From Acidimicrobiia bacterium (GTDB taxonomy: Bacteria; Actinomycetota; Acidimicrobiia; Acidimicrobiales; SHLQ01): DNA of 64,000 nt. The stretch is from positions 4,152,757 to 4,216,756 of the forward strand of contig JAWPMS010000001.1 in the NCBI GenBank assembly GCA_033344795.1, read 5' to 3'. The notes under the pieces are model-generated. The model saw nothing but the letters and a program-made list of their open reading frames with translations. It searched no databases and had not been told where the DNA came from. Of this stretch, positions 1 to 9,200 are shown piece after piece. The translations under genes and the position numbers were made by a program. Position 1 is the stretch's first letter; every line of letters starts with the position of its first letter.

Positions 1-651
1 CTCGCGGAGATCACCGATCGGGTGAACGAACTCAACCTGTGGATCCTTGAACAATCACTCCGAATCGTTGGAGCACTCAATCTCGAGGAGAACCAGGAGT
101 TCTCGATCGCGGTCAACGTCTCCCCCACCGAGCTCGAGCTCCCGAACCTGGTCAGCAACATCACCGACGCACTCCTCCTCTCGGGAGTTTCGGCCGAACG
201 CCTTGTCATCGAGCTCAGCGAACGGATCGTTGCCGAACGCGGGGCGACGCTTCCCGCCATCAAGGAACTCACCGAGCTCGGCATTCAGTTGTCGCTCGAC
301 GACTTCGGCGAGGGACGCACCTCACTCGCCCACCTTCGAGGCCTCCCCATTTCTCAGATGAAGCTCGACCGTCTTCTCGTGCAACAAGCATGCATGGCAA
401 AGCAGGATCGAATCATTCTCGAGTCGCTTGTTGACCTCGCACACGATCTCGATCTCTCGGTGGTCGCTGAGGGCATCGAGACCAAGGAACACTTCGCAAC
501 GGTCATCAACGCAGGCGTTGACCTTCTCCAGGGATACGGCCTCCACCGACCCATGCCAGCCGAGTCCTTCCTTGCGCTGATGGCCCATGCGAAACCTGTC
601 GATCGGTTCGTCATCGCGAGATCGAACCAAACGAACGAGGTCGAGATCTAA
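1..651 (+). CDS. EAL-domain protein (c-di-GMP phosphodiesterase family), 5'-truncated by the window edge
   Basis: The frame is open from nt 1. EAL-family motifs are visible: AVNVS, IELSER, DDFGEGRTSL, KLDR, VAEGIET, LQGYG. Stop TAA at 649-651. Confidence 0.85.
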   Translation, partial: LAEITDRVNELNLWILEQSLRIVGALNLEENQEFSIAVNVSPTELELPNLVSNITDALLLSGVSAERLVIELSERIVAERGATLPAIKELTELGIQLSLDDFGEGRTSLAHLRGLPISQMKLDRLLVQQACMAKQDRIILESLVDLAHDLDLSVVAEGIETKEHFATVINAGVDLLQGYGLHRPMPAESFLALMAHAKPVDRFVIARSNQTNEVEI

Positions 652-1262
652 TGGCGCGACCACTGCACGAATTCACTGTCACCCCAGCATCAGACGAGGA
701 GCAGGCCAGCGAGAACTGGCTCACCCGAACGACGGCGCGAGCCTTCGCTGCTGCGATCTCCGCGCTCTTGATCGCCACACTTGTGGTCAATAGATCGAAC
801 GAGGCTCTTGCGACCGACGGAACAGCTGCCGGATCGTCGCTGTCCACCGGAACGATCTCCCTTCTCGACGACGACTCTGGACGCGCCCTGTTCGACTTCA
901 GCGACATGGCCCCCGGTCGACCCATCATCCGGTGCCTCGAAGTCATCTATGACGGCACGATCACCCCCGTCGACCTCACCCTGACCACAGAGAGCAACGG
1001 CGAGCTGGCCGAATTCCTCGACGTCAAGATTGAAGCCGGCGAGGGCGCTGGCTTCGAGTCGTGCGATGGCTTCGTTCCAGACGGTCAACTGATCTCGGGC
1101 ACATTGCAGAAGCTTTCCGATGACGGCCGACTCGACCTCGGTCGGCTCGTGAACAGCGGGGAACGCCACAGCTATCGCATCACGGTCGATATTCGCGATG
1201 TGCAGGATGCGCTCGGAAAGTCTGCTTCCGCGGACTTCATTTGGGAAGTCTCACCATCATGA
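651..1262 (+). CDS. TasA/camelysin-like exported protein, paralog 1 (SipW-cognate-type signal peptide)
   Basis: Long n-region, then h-region AFAAAISALLIATLVV, then ALATDGTAAGSSLSTGTISL and F.FSDMAPG. Size is ~200 aa. The ATG overlaps the EAL stop (TAATG). Confidence 0.6.
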   Translation: MARPLHEFTVTPASDEEQASENWLTRTTARAFAAAISALLIATLVVNRSNEALATDGTAAGSSLSTGTISLLDDDSGRALFDFSDMAPGRPIIRCLEVIYDGTITPVDLTLTTESNGELAEFLDVKIEAGEGAGFESCDGFVPDGQLISGTLQKLSDDGRLDLGRLVNSGERHSYRITVDIRDVQDALGKSASADFIWEVSPS

Positions 1263-1900
1263 GCGAGCTCACCCAACAAGAACACGACGAGCTGCTGAGG
1301 CGGAGGAGCCTGATCGCAGTCGTGGCTGCTCTGCTTCTTCTGGTCATCTCGACGCCGATCTGGCTCATCTATCGAGCGAACAGTTCGACGGCTGCCTTTG
1401 CCGATGCCGAGGTTCTCGAGAACAACCGCCTCGGTGCCGCAACACTCGACATCGAAGTCGGCAATGGTGCCGCGACGTTCGAAGCCACCAACCTCGCCCC
1501 CGGAGATGTCGTGTCCGGACAGCTCGAACTCCACAATGCGGGGACCCTCCCACTCCTCTATGAGATCTCTGGATCGTCGGATGGCGATCTCCTCGCCGAG
1601 TGGCTGCGGTTTGAGCTTTGGCTCTCCCAGGACACCTGCAACATCGCAGACCCGAAGAATCGAATCGCGCAAGACCTGAGCTTCGACCCGTCGGTAGCGT
1701 CGTTCGACGAACTGAATGTCACCGGGCGCGCGGTCGTCGCTCGTGGAGGCCTCTCGGTCGGCGAACGGCAGACGATGTGTCTCGGCGCGCGGCTCGTCCT
1801 GGAAGCCCCCAATGACGTGCAAGGCCGACGAACCGAAATCGACATCGTCGTCGACGCCGTACATGACATCGAGGCAGATCAGGATGGAGGCACCCCGTGA
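1259..1900 (+). CDS. TasA/camelysin-like exported protein, paralog 2
   Basis: h-region LIAVVAALLLLVISTPIWLI, then AAFADAEVLENNRLGAATLDIEV and NLAPGD..SGQLELHNAGTLPLLY. ATG 1259 overlaps the upstream stop (ATGA). The ORF-track start at 1241 is TTG. Confidence 0.6.
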   Translation: MSELTQQEHDELLRRRSLIAVVAALLLLVISTPIWLIYRANSSTAAFADAEVLENNRLGAATLDIEVGNGAATFEATNLAPGDVVSGQLELHNAGTLPLLYEISGSSDGDLLAEWLRFELWLSQDTCNIADPKNRIAQDLSFDPSVASFDELNVTGRAVVARGGLSVGERQTMCLGARLVLEAPNDVQGRRTEIDIVVDAVHDIEADQDGGTP

Positions 1901-2385
1901 CGCGCCGACGCGATCGTTTCATCAGTGGCCTCGCCCTGCTTGTCATCATCCTCGTATCGGTCGTACTGGGTGGGCTGGCGGCTGGCTACCGGCCAGTCAT
2001 CATCCAGACGGGCAGCATGGTCCCGACAGCTCCGCCGAAGTCGCTGATCATCGCGTCTCCTCGCGACGCGTCTGACATCGCCGTTGGAGACATCATCGTC
2101 ATGCGCCGCCCGGGCGCCACACCGGTCACCCATCGAATCATCGAAATCGAGGGCTCTGCCACCAATCGATTCGCCATCACGCAAGGTGACGCGAACGAAG
2201 GACCCGACGCCTCGCCGTACCCCCTCGACGGTGAAGATCTTGTCGCGAGATGGATCCGCCCAGGTTGGGGTGGAGCAATCCAATCACTGTTCCAACCTGG
2301 TATCGCTCTCGGCGTCATGGCGCTCGCCGTGCTGGCGCTTGTTTTTCAAGCACTTCGATTCATCTGGCGCAACCCATCGCCGATG
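1897..2385 (+). other. Signal peptidase I (S26B) module of the fusion protein
   Basis: aa 1-163: TM GLALLVIILVSVVLGGLAAG, the catalytic-type motifs GSM, THR and GDAN, and a second TM GIALGVMALAVLALVFQAL. Confidence 0.7.
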
Positions 2386-5300
2386 GCCGTCGAGGCCGCC
2401 AGTTCAGCACGTGTGATCGCCGACACGTTGTCCAAGGACGCCCCGACCACCTCGAAACCGGTGAAGCCGATTCAAGGAAAGAAGCGGCGTTCCCGCAAGC
2501 CGCTCGTCGTGGCGATCTTCCCGCTCACCGCGATGTTCACGACTGGGGTCGCGTGGGCGCTTTTCGTCTCGACCGACACGGTCGCCTCCAACGATTTCGC
2601 CACGGCAGCGTGTTTCGATGCCCAGCTCGGATCGGTCCAGTCCGGCGAGACCATCCATGCGGTGAACGGCAACGTCTCGATACCGATCAGCGCGGTCGAC
2701 CCAACCGGTTCGTTCGTCATTGCCTCGATACGGAGCGCATCGAACGAACCAGCCGACAGCGTCGTGCAAGTCCAGCTCGGAACCGGCGGTACATCGGTCG
2801 AACTCGATCGGCTCACCGACAATGGTGCGCCGCCACCGATCACCGTCTCCTGGTCGGTCGTCGAATACACGTGCGGAGTCACCGTGCAACGAGGGGTGGC
2901 CAACGGCAATGGCTCTGGCCAGGTTGACATCCCCATCGCAACCGTCGACCTCGCGACGTCTTTCGCCCTGGCTTCGACCAGCCCGGCGGCAAGCGCAACC
3001 CAATTCGACGCCGACGACAGCCTTCTTTTTGAACTCGTGTCCGCAGATACGCTGCGTGTCCGAACCGCGGGAGCGGCGATCGCGGCCACACGGTCGATCT
3101 CGTGGCAGGTCGTCAGTTTCGACGACCCGGGAGATGCGTCGATTCAGACGGTGACGGGAAGCCTTGGCGCCGCAGCGACGACCACCACCCTCGCTCTGCC
3201 ATCTCCGGTCGATCCGACGTCGACCTTCATCCTTGCCTCCGCGGCGACTGCCAGCACCGGCGCTGACATCAGCGAACGTCAGCTCCGGTCTCGCCTCATC
3301 GATGCCAACACGATGGAGGTGAGCCGACTCGGAAGTGGCACCGCCATGGAGATCTCGGTACAGGTCGTCACACTTCGAGATGGCACCTCCGTTCGTCATG
3401 GCTTCGTCGACTTCGCAGCTGGACAACCGGTTCGGACCGTGAAGATCGAGCCGGTCGACCCGCAGCGATCGACCGCGCTCTCGACCGTGGTCACCCCTGG
3501 AGTAGCCAGCGGGGGGCAGACCGACTACACCGTCGATGACCTCGCAGGAGAGGCAAGCGCCACATTTGCGATCACCGATCCAGAAACGCTCTCGGTGCAA
3601 CGAGGGAGCACCGCATCGAACGCATCGTTTGGCTGGCAGGTCATCGAGTGGGCTGGGCCCGGTTGGTGGAATCCGAACTACAACTTCCGTCAACGGATCG
3701 ACGTGGACACCGGATCTGCGGCTGCGCCTGGCGAGTACACCCTGCCATTCACGATCGATCACGCCGCACTCGTCACCGCGGGGCTGGCGCAATCGGACGG
3801 CAGCGACGTGCGCGTGCTCCGTTGGGACGGGACGGCGTGGACGGAACTCGACCGCATTCTCGATGACGGCGCATCCTGGAACCATTTGGCGACAACGCTT
3901 CGGTTCCGCACGACCGACGCCATCGATGCCGACAGCACGAGCACGTACTGGGTGTACTTCGGAAACACCTCGCCTGCGCTGGCCTTCGCTGACCCCGAGA
4001 ACGTCTGGTTGCTGACAGAGGACTTCGAATCCGGAACCCTTGGAGATTTCGAGGACAGGACCGGCAGCACCGGCTGGTATGCAGCGTTGCCCTGGACTCG
4101 CCGGATACCCGTCTCCGTTCCAGCGGGACGAACCACTGCGCCCCTGACGGACTTTCCGTTGCTCGTTTCGTTGACCAGCGCCGATCTCGCATCGAACGCC
4201 CAGGCCGATGGCTCTGACATTCGTTTCACCGCGTCCGACGGAACCACCCCCCTCCCCCATGAGATCGAAGGGTTCGATGCCGGCACCGGCACGCTCGACG
4301 CGTGGGTCCGTATCCCCACGCTCGACTCGGCAACCTCGACCACGATCTACCTCTACTACGGAGCTCCGGACGCGCCGACGCAGGAAGATGTCCGCAACAC
4401 CTGGTCGACCGAGTTCGGCGGCGCATGGCATCTGTCGCGCGATCCTGCAGGTACCGCGCCTCAGGCCGACGACTCCACCGTTCGCAATCATGACGGTCTG
4501 AGCCGCGGCGCCATGACGACTAGCGATCTCGTTCCCGGACTCATCGGCGGTGCCATCGACTTCGACGGTGTAGACGACATGTTCGAGACCGATCCGTTCG
4601 ATCTATCGGTCGGCGGGCTCACACTCTCTGGATGGGTGCGACTCGACAGCTACACCACCCAACCTCGCATCATCAACAAGGCGTACAACCCGAGCAACCG
4701 AGTCTTCGAACTGAGCGTCGATGGTTCCAATGTTCGAAGCCGTCTGGTTCTGGATGGCTCCGAGAACCTCTTGCTTGGTTCCGGGGATGGCGTGACCCTT
4801 GGTGCATGGCATCACCTGGCCATGACGTGGGACGGGGTGACGATCAAGCTCTATCTGAACGGCGTCGAGGTGGCCTCGCGAGCGGCCAGCGGCACACTCG
4901 CCAGCGATCCGGCGATGCCTGTCACGATCGGCGGAATCGAATCGCTGAATCGCCAGCTCGATGGGCTGATCGATGAAGTGCGGATCGATCGGGTCGGGCG
5001 CAGCGCAGCCTGGATTGCGGCGTCCGAATCAAACCAACGCAATCCCGGTGCCTTTCACACGTTCGGGCCTGTCGAGACGGGGAGCTGGCTCGGGCAGGGA
5101 ACGTGGACGGCTCGAAAACCGATTGCGATCGACGCAGACCTCGTCTCGGCGGATGCGACCGACTTCACTCTGCTCGTCGAGGTCATCGACCCCGAGCTGC
5201 AGGTCGGAGCGACGGCGTCGGGAAATGACTTGGTCTTCACCGACGCCAATGGAACAACTCGGCTCGATCATGTTGTCGAATCATGGGACGACGCCACCGG

Positions 5301-5454
5301 CACGCTCAGCGCCTGGGTCAACGTGCCGCTCCTGTCGTCGACCAGTGACACCGAGCTGTTCGTCTACTACGGCAACCCGTCCGCCGTCGACCAACAGGAC
5401 CCCGAAGCGGTCTTTGGACCGAACGCGGATCTCACCTTCTTGGGGGCCTCATGA
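1897..5454 (+). CDS. SipW-like (S26B, archaeal-type) signal peptidase I fused in frame to a large extracytoplasmic DUF2341/LamG passenger (1185 aa)
   Basis: The N-terminus has a TM segment plus QTGSMVPT (Ser), VTHRIIEI (His), TQGDAN and a C-terminal TM, as in SipW/Sec11-type peptidases. There is no stop codon before the ~1000-aa downstream region. The GTG start overlaps the upstream stop (GTGA). Confidence 0.75.
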   Translation: MTRRRDRFISGLALLVIILVSVVLGGLAAGYRPVIIQTGSMVPTAPPKSLIIASPRDASDIAVGDIIVMRRPGATPVTHRIIEIEGSATNRFAITQGDANEGPDASPYPLDGEDLVARWIRPGWGGAIQSLFQPGIALGVMALAVLALVFQALRFIWRNPSPMAVEAASSARVIADTLSKDAPTTSKPVKPIQGKKRRSRKPLVVAIFPLTAMFTTGVAWALFVSTDTVASNDFATAACFDAQLGSVQSGETIHAVNGNVSIPISAVDPTGSFVIASIRSASNEPADSVVQVQLGTGGTSVELDRLTDNGAPPPITVSWSVVEYTCGVTVQRGVANGNGSGQVDIPIATVDLATSFALASTSPAASATQFDADDSLLFELVSADTLRVRTAGAAIAATRSISWQVVSFDDPGDASIQTVTGSLGAAATTTTLALPSPVDPTSTFILASAATASTGADISERQLRSRLIDANTMEVSRLGSGTAMEISVQVVTLRDGTSVRHGFVDFAAGQPVRTVKIEPVDPQRSTALSTVVTPGVASGGQTDYTVDDLAGEASATFAITDPETLSVQRGSTASNASFGWQVIEWAGPGWWNPNYNFRQRIDVDTGSAAAPGEYTLPFTIDHAALVTAGLAQSDGSDVRVLRWDGTAWTELDRILDDGASWNHLATTLRFRTTDAIDADSTSTYWVYFGNTSPALAFADPENVWLLTEDFESGTLGDFEDRTGSTGWYAALPWTRRIPVSVPAGRTTAPLTDFPLLVSLTSADLASNAQADGSDIRFTASDGTTPLPHEIEGFDAGTGTLDAWVRIPTLDSATSTTIYLYYGAPDAPTQEDVRNTWSTEFGGAWHLSRDPAGTAPQADDSTVRNHDGLSRGAMTTSDLVPGLIGGAIDFDGVDDMFETDPFDLSVGGLTLSGWVRLDSYTTQPRIINKAYNPSNRVFELSVDGSNVRSRLVLDGSENLLLGSGDGVTLGAWHHLAMTWDGVTIKLYLNGVEVASRAASGTLASDPAMPVTIGGIESLNRQLDGLIDEVRIDRVGRSAAWIAASESNQRNPGAFHTFGPVETGSWLGQGTWTARKPIAIDADLVSADATDFTLLVEVIDPELQVGATASGNDLVFTDANGTTRLDHVVESWDDATGTLSAWVNVPLLSSTSDTELFVYYGNPSAVDQQDPEAVFGPNADLTFLGAS
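2476..2604 (+). other. Internal signal-peptide-like segment with a SipW-cognate motif, inside the fusion ORF
   Basis: GKKRRSRK (n-region), LVVAIFPLTAMFTTGVAWALF (h-region), VSTDTVASNDFATAA. 10 of 18 residues are identical to ALFTDQETVAGNAFATGT of TasA-like paralog 3. Confidence 0.6.
2635..3650 (+). repeat. Four divergent ~85-95-aa in-frame protein repeats of unknown family
   Basis: Each unit has (V/I)Q.G ... (I/L)P(I/V)..VD(P/L)..S(F/T).(I/L)AS ... (S/F)(W/V)(S/Q)V(V/I)(E/S/T). The units end in SWSVVEY, SWQVVSF, SVQVVTL and GWQVIEW. Confidence 0.55.
3664..5385 (+). other. Three DUF2341-like modules flanking one LamG/concanavalin-A-like module
   Basis: DUF2341-like modules: NYNFRQRIDV...SDGSDVRVLRWDG...YWVYFGN; WTRRIPVSV...ADGSDIRFTASDG...IYLYYG; WTARKPIAID...NDLVFTDANG...LFVYYGN. 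LamG: AIDFDGVDD...WHHLAMTWDG...LDGLIDEVRI. Confidence 0.6.
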
Positions 5455-5468
5455 CCTCCATCACTGCT

Positions 5469-5488
5469 CTTGCGGGCTCGCCTGCAAG
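5469..5488 (+). promoter_or_regulatory. Intercistronic hairpin (8-bp stem including one G-U pair, 4-nt loop), no T-tract
   Basis: cttgcggg-ctcg-cctgcaag, located 15 nt after the fusion-gene stop. Confidence 0.3.
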
Positions 5489-5543
5489 CAAACTCCGCCA
5501 CTCAACCATCACCACAACGACCACCTCGGTGGCGTCAACACAT

Positions 5544-5549
5544 AGGAGG
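5544..5549 (+). promoter_or_regulatory. Shine-Dalgarno AGGAGG for TasA-like paralog 3
   Basis: AGGAGG sits 8 nt upstream of ATG 5558. Confidence 0.7.
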
Positions 5550-5557
5550 TCATCACC

Positions 5558-6178
5558 ATGACCATCACGACTGAGCCCGAGGCTCCTGCGGTCAACAGAC
5601 GCAAGGGCAACGGCACGAAAATATTGGCAACACTTGCCGTGTTGTTCCTCGCAGGCACGATCTTTTCGATTGCTTCGCTTGCATTGTTCACCGACCAAGA
5701 GACTGTCGCTGGAAACGCGTTTGCAACAGGAACGGTCGACCTACTGGCGACGCCGGCAACGGCTGTGGTCACCGCAGCCGCGATGGCGCCCGGTGACCAG
5801 GTCACCGCGCCGCTCGACATCGCGAACAGCGGCTCATTGGAGCTGAGGTACTCAGCGACAACGACCACCACCGAAAACACGCTGGCTTCTCTGCTCGCGC
5901 TGACGGTGAAGACAGGAGTGACCGTGTGTGACGATGCCAACTGGGCCACCGATGGCACGGTCATCTACTCCGGAACCCTCGGGTCCACGGCAACTGCGCC
6001 TCTCTTTGGCTCCGCCGTGCAGGGTGCGCAAGGTGGCGACAGAGTGCTTGCCGCTGGCGCGAACGAAGCGTTGTGCATCAACGTGACATTGCCGCTCGCA
6101 ACCGGCAACGCCGCCCAGAACATCACCACCACTGCCACGTTCGCGTTCGACGCAGAACAAACAGCGAACAATCCATAA
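5558..6178 (+). CDS. TasA/camelysin-like exported protein, paralog 3 (most canonical)
   Basis: NRRKGNGTK, then ILATLAVLFLAGTIFSIASLALF, then TDQETVAGNAFATGTVDL. MAPGD..TAPLDIANSGSLELRY. C-terminal FAFDAEQ. Confidence 0.75.
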   Translation: MTITTEPEAPAVNRRKGNGTKILATLAVLFLAGTIFSIASLALFTDQETVAGNAFATGTVDLLATPATAVVTAAAMAPGDQVTAPLDIANSGSLELRYSATTTTTENTLASLLALTVKTGVTVCDDANWATDGTVIYSGTLGSTATAPLFGSAVQGAQGGDRVLAAGANEALCINVTLPLATGNAAQNITTTATFAFDAEQTANNP

Positions 6179-6201
6179 GCCCCGGCGGTAACAGCGTGGT
6201 G

Positions 6202-9200
6202 ATGACCCTGAGCGTTCACAGGAGGGCGGCGGCAGCCGCCCTCCTCTGCGCGCTCGCAGTCATTGTCACGATGAGCGCGGTTGCCGCGGCGAACGTTGCA
6301 CAAGACGACCCCACGGCAGTACCTGGCATCCCTCTCATCAGCGTCGATGGCGACGCCAAAGCCGAAGCAGGTCGACCGTATCTGCTCGACGTAACCGTCG
6401 AAGGCATCGACCAATCCCAAGTCTCCGAGTGGACGGTCTCGTGGGGTGATGGCACGGCTACCAAAGGCACAGGTTCACCTGGCATTGTCGAACACGTCTA
6501 CGAGCATGTCGGGTCCGCACACCAGATAACCGTGAGCGTTATCACCTCAGGCGGCGACACCCTCAGCAACGCCGCTCTTGTCATCTCCAACTACGACACC
6601 GCCAGGGCGCCAACACTCCATCGCATCACGGGCCAGCCGGCGTCAGACCAGCTGGTGGGCGACGCCACGGACAACATCGCATCGGTACTCGTTGGCGCCG
6701 ATGGAGTTCTCTACGCGATCGACGACGTTGCCAACACGATCCTTCGCTTTGATCTCGATCGGAAGACCCGATTCGAGGTGCCTCTCGACCGAGAATCGGT
6801 CGTCCGCCGACCCCGAGCCATGGCCTTCGACGCAGAGGGGCATCTTCTCGTGGCCGACGCAAGCTCGAACGCAATCCATCAGATCGACGTGGATAGTGGT
6901 CAGATCGTGCGAACGATCGCCGGCGACGAGCACCTCAACCGACCCAGCGCGTTGATCATCGGCCCACAGGGCGACCTCTATGTGACGGACGCTGCCGACG
7001 ACGACATCGAACGGTTCGATTTCACCACCGGTCGGCACGTCAGCACCTTTGCGACCTTCGAACCGGGAGCGACGCCAACCTCGCTCGTCTCGGGCCCCAA
7101 CGACACGTTGCTCGTGTCATTGCCAGGTGCCGGCCGAATCGCCTCGGTTTCCAGTTCCGGCCAGGTCGCCAATTTTGGAGCCGATGTCACCACACCAGAT
7201 CAACTCGCGGTTGGGCCCGATGGCGCGCTTTGGGTCTCCGACTACTGGAACGACACCGTCGAGCGCTTCGATCTGAAGTCAGGCGAGACGCTGGACCGAG
7301 AACCAATCGTTGAGGGCACTGCCGGCCCGCGGGGGTTGTCATTCGCACCCGATGTCTCGGTGACGGTCATCGCCCCTTCTGACGCGCCGAGCTCTGACCC
7401 GTCACCCGATGAGCTGACCGCACAAGAGTGGCGCGAGTCGTTGCCCGAGGATCAAAACATCGACGAGCTGATCTTCGTGGCCAACGATGGTGAAGCCGAG
7501 CCCCAGCTCGACTTCATTGCACAATCCGATGACTACATTGCCGTGATCGCCGACAACACCATCGAAGTGGCCCTCGATCAAGCAGAATCCGATCAACTCG
7601 TCACCATGGAGCTCGAGGACGCCACCGAAAAGCCTCCGTCCGGAGCATCGACGGACACCCGTGTCGCATTCGACGACGTCTACGACGGAATCGACGCGGT
7701 GTATTCCGACGACGAGGGTGAGCTCGAATACAGCTTCATCATCGAGCCCGGAGCGGATGTCGACGACATCTCACTGGACTTCGGTGGAGCGGAGACTCTT
7801 CAGATCACCGAACAAGGCGACCTGTTCATCGACGTGTCCGAGGGACCTGATCTACTCTCCACGGCACCCTTCACCTTCCAGTTCATCGATGGTCGACGAG
7901 TTGTCATCGAGAGCTCATACGTCATCCGACCGGACGGCAGGGTGGGATTTGGTCTCGGAGCGTACGACCCCACACGACCGGTCGTGATCGACCCAACGCT
8001 CACCGCTGCGACGAACCTCCTCATGGTCACCGGTACCGGCACTGCTGTCGGAACCGACGCCACCAAACAAGCCCTGTTTCAAAGCTGGGGCTGGACCGTC
8101 ACGCTCATCGACGACGACAGCGTCGGCTCCTTTGCTGGCGCCGCGGCTGCAAATGATGTGTTGTACGTGAGCGGCACGGCCCGATTCGACATCGCCTACG
8201 ACGTTCGAGATCTGGACATCGGCATCGTGAATGAGAATTTCTCGGCTTGGAACGGCCTACTCAACTACGGCTCTCAACCTCAAGCCTTCACCACAGGCAC
8301 AACCCTCAACATCGTCGACAACTCGCACTACATCACGTCACCGTTTGCCACTGGATCCTTGGCGATTCACAGCGTGGGTGATGACATCAACTACTGGCCG
8401 TCCGATAGCGCCCCGCTACCCGCTGGTGTCACCGTTCTGGCTGAATCGCCCACGTCCACCAATCATGAGGCCCTCCACGTCGCCGAGACTGGGACCACGT
8501 TGTATTCCGCCTTCACGGCCGTGAATCGCCGGGTCTGGTTCCCGAGTGACTACGCCGACCCGGCAAACTACACCACCGACTACGAGACGTTGCTGGAGCG
8601 CTCCCTCGACTGGGCTGCCGGGAACGACGCTCCGCCTGCCGCGCCTCAGTCCATCGCGGTGGCGAACCCCGACACTGCGTCAACAGCGCAGGATTTGGCC
8701 ACCACTCTCGACCCGAGTGCGAACGACGCCGATGCCGAGGGTGACCCGATCGTCGAGATCGACGTGACCGACCCAGCCAATGGCAGCGTGGTCATCAACG
8801 GGGACGAAACGGTGACGTACACCCCAGACCCTGGGTATACGGGATCTGACTCGTTCGACTATTGGGCGATCGACTCAGGCGCCGGTCTGACGAACTATTG
8901 GGGCTTGGCCGGAGGAGGCATCGATTCTGTCGGTTCTGCCAACGGCGCCTTGTCTGGCACCACGACGGTGCCCGGTGACTTCGGAGACGCCCTGTCCTTT
9001 AACGAGATCAACGACCGGGTGACCGTGCCTGACTTCGCCTATGGATCAGACTTCTCTCTGTCCTTCGAGTTCAAGCTAGACGACAACACCGGATCGCTGT
9101 TTCAGTACGTGTACAGCCATGGCGACATCAACGCGGTGAACTCGGTGAACGTCTTCATCAACGAGGCGTCGCACGGATCAGACCCCAACATCCTTCGTAC

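Noticed and set aside
2404-4491. 695-aa minus-strand ORF antisense to the SipW-fusion gene.
   Set aside because: Arg/Gly/Pro-rich translation with no recognisable motifs. It lies opposite a frame with clear DUF2341/LamG/repeat motifs. This is a typical high-GC shadow ORF.
6073-6201. Upstream extension of the giant ORF to 6073, as listed in the ORF track.
   Set aside because: It would overlap the 3' end of the TasA-like gene by >100 nt in another frame and encodes His/Arg-rich junk. ATG 6202 gives a proper Sec signal peptide 23 nt after the upstream stop.
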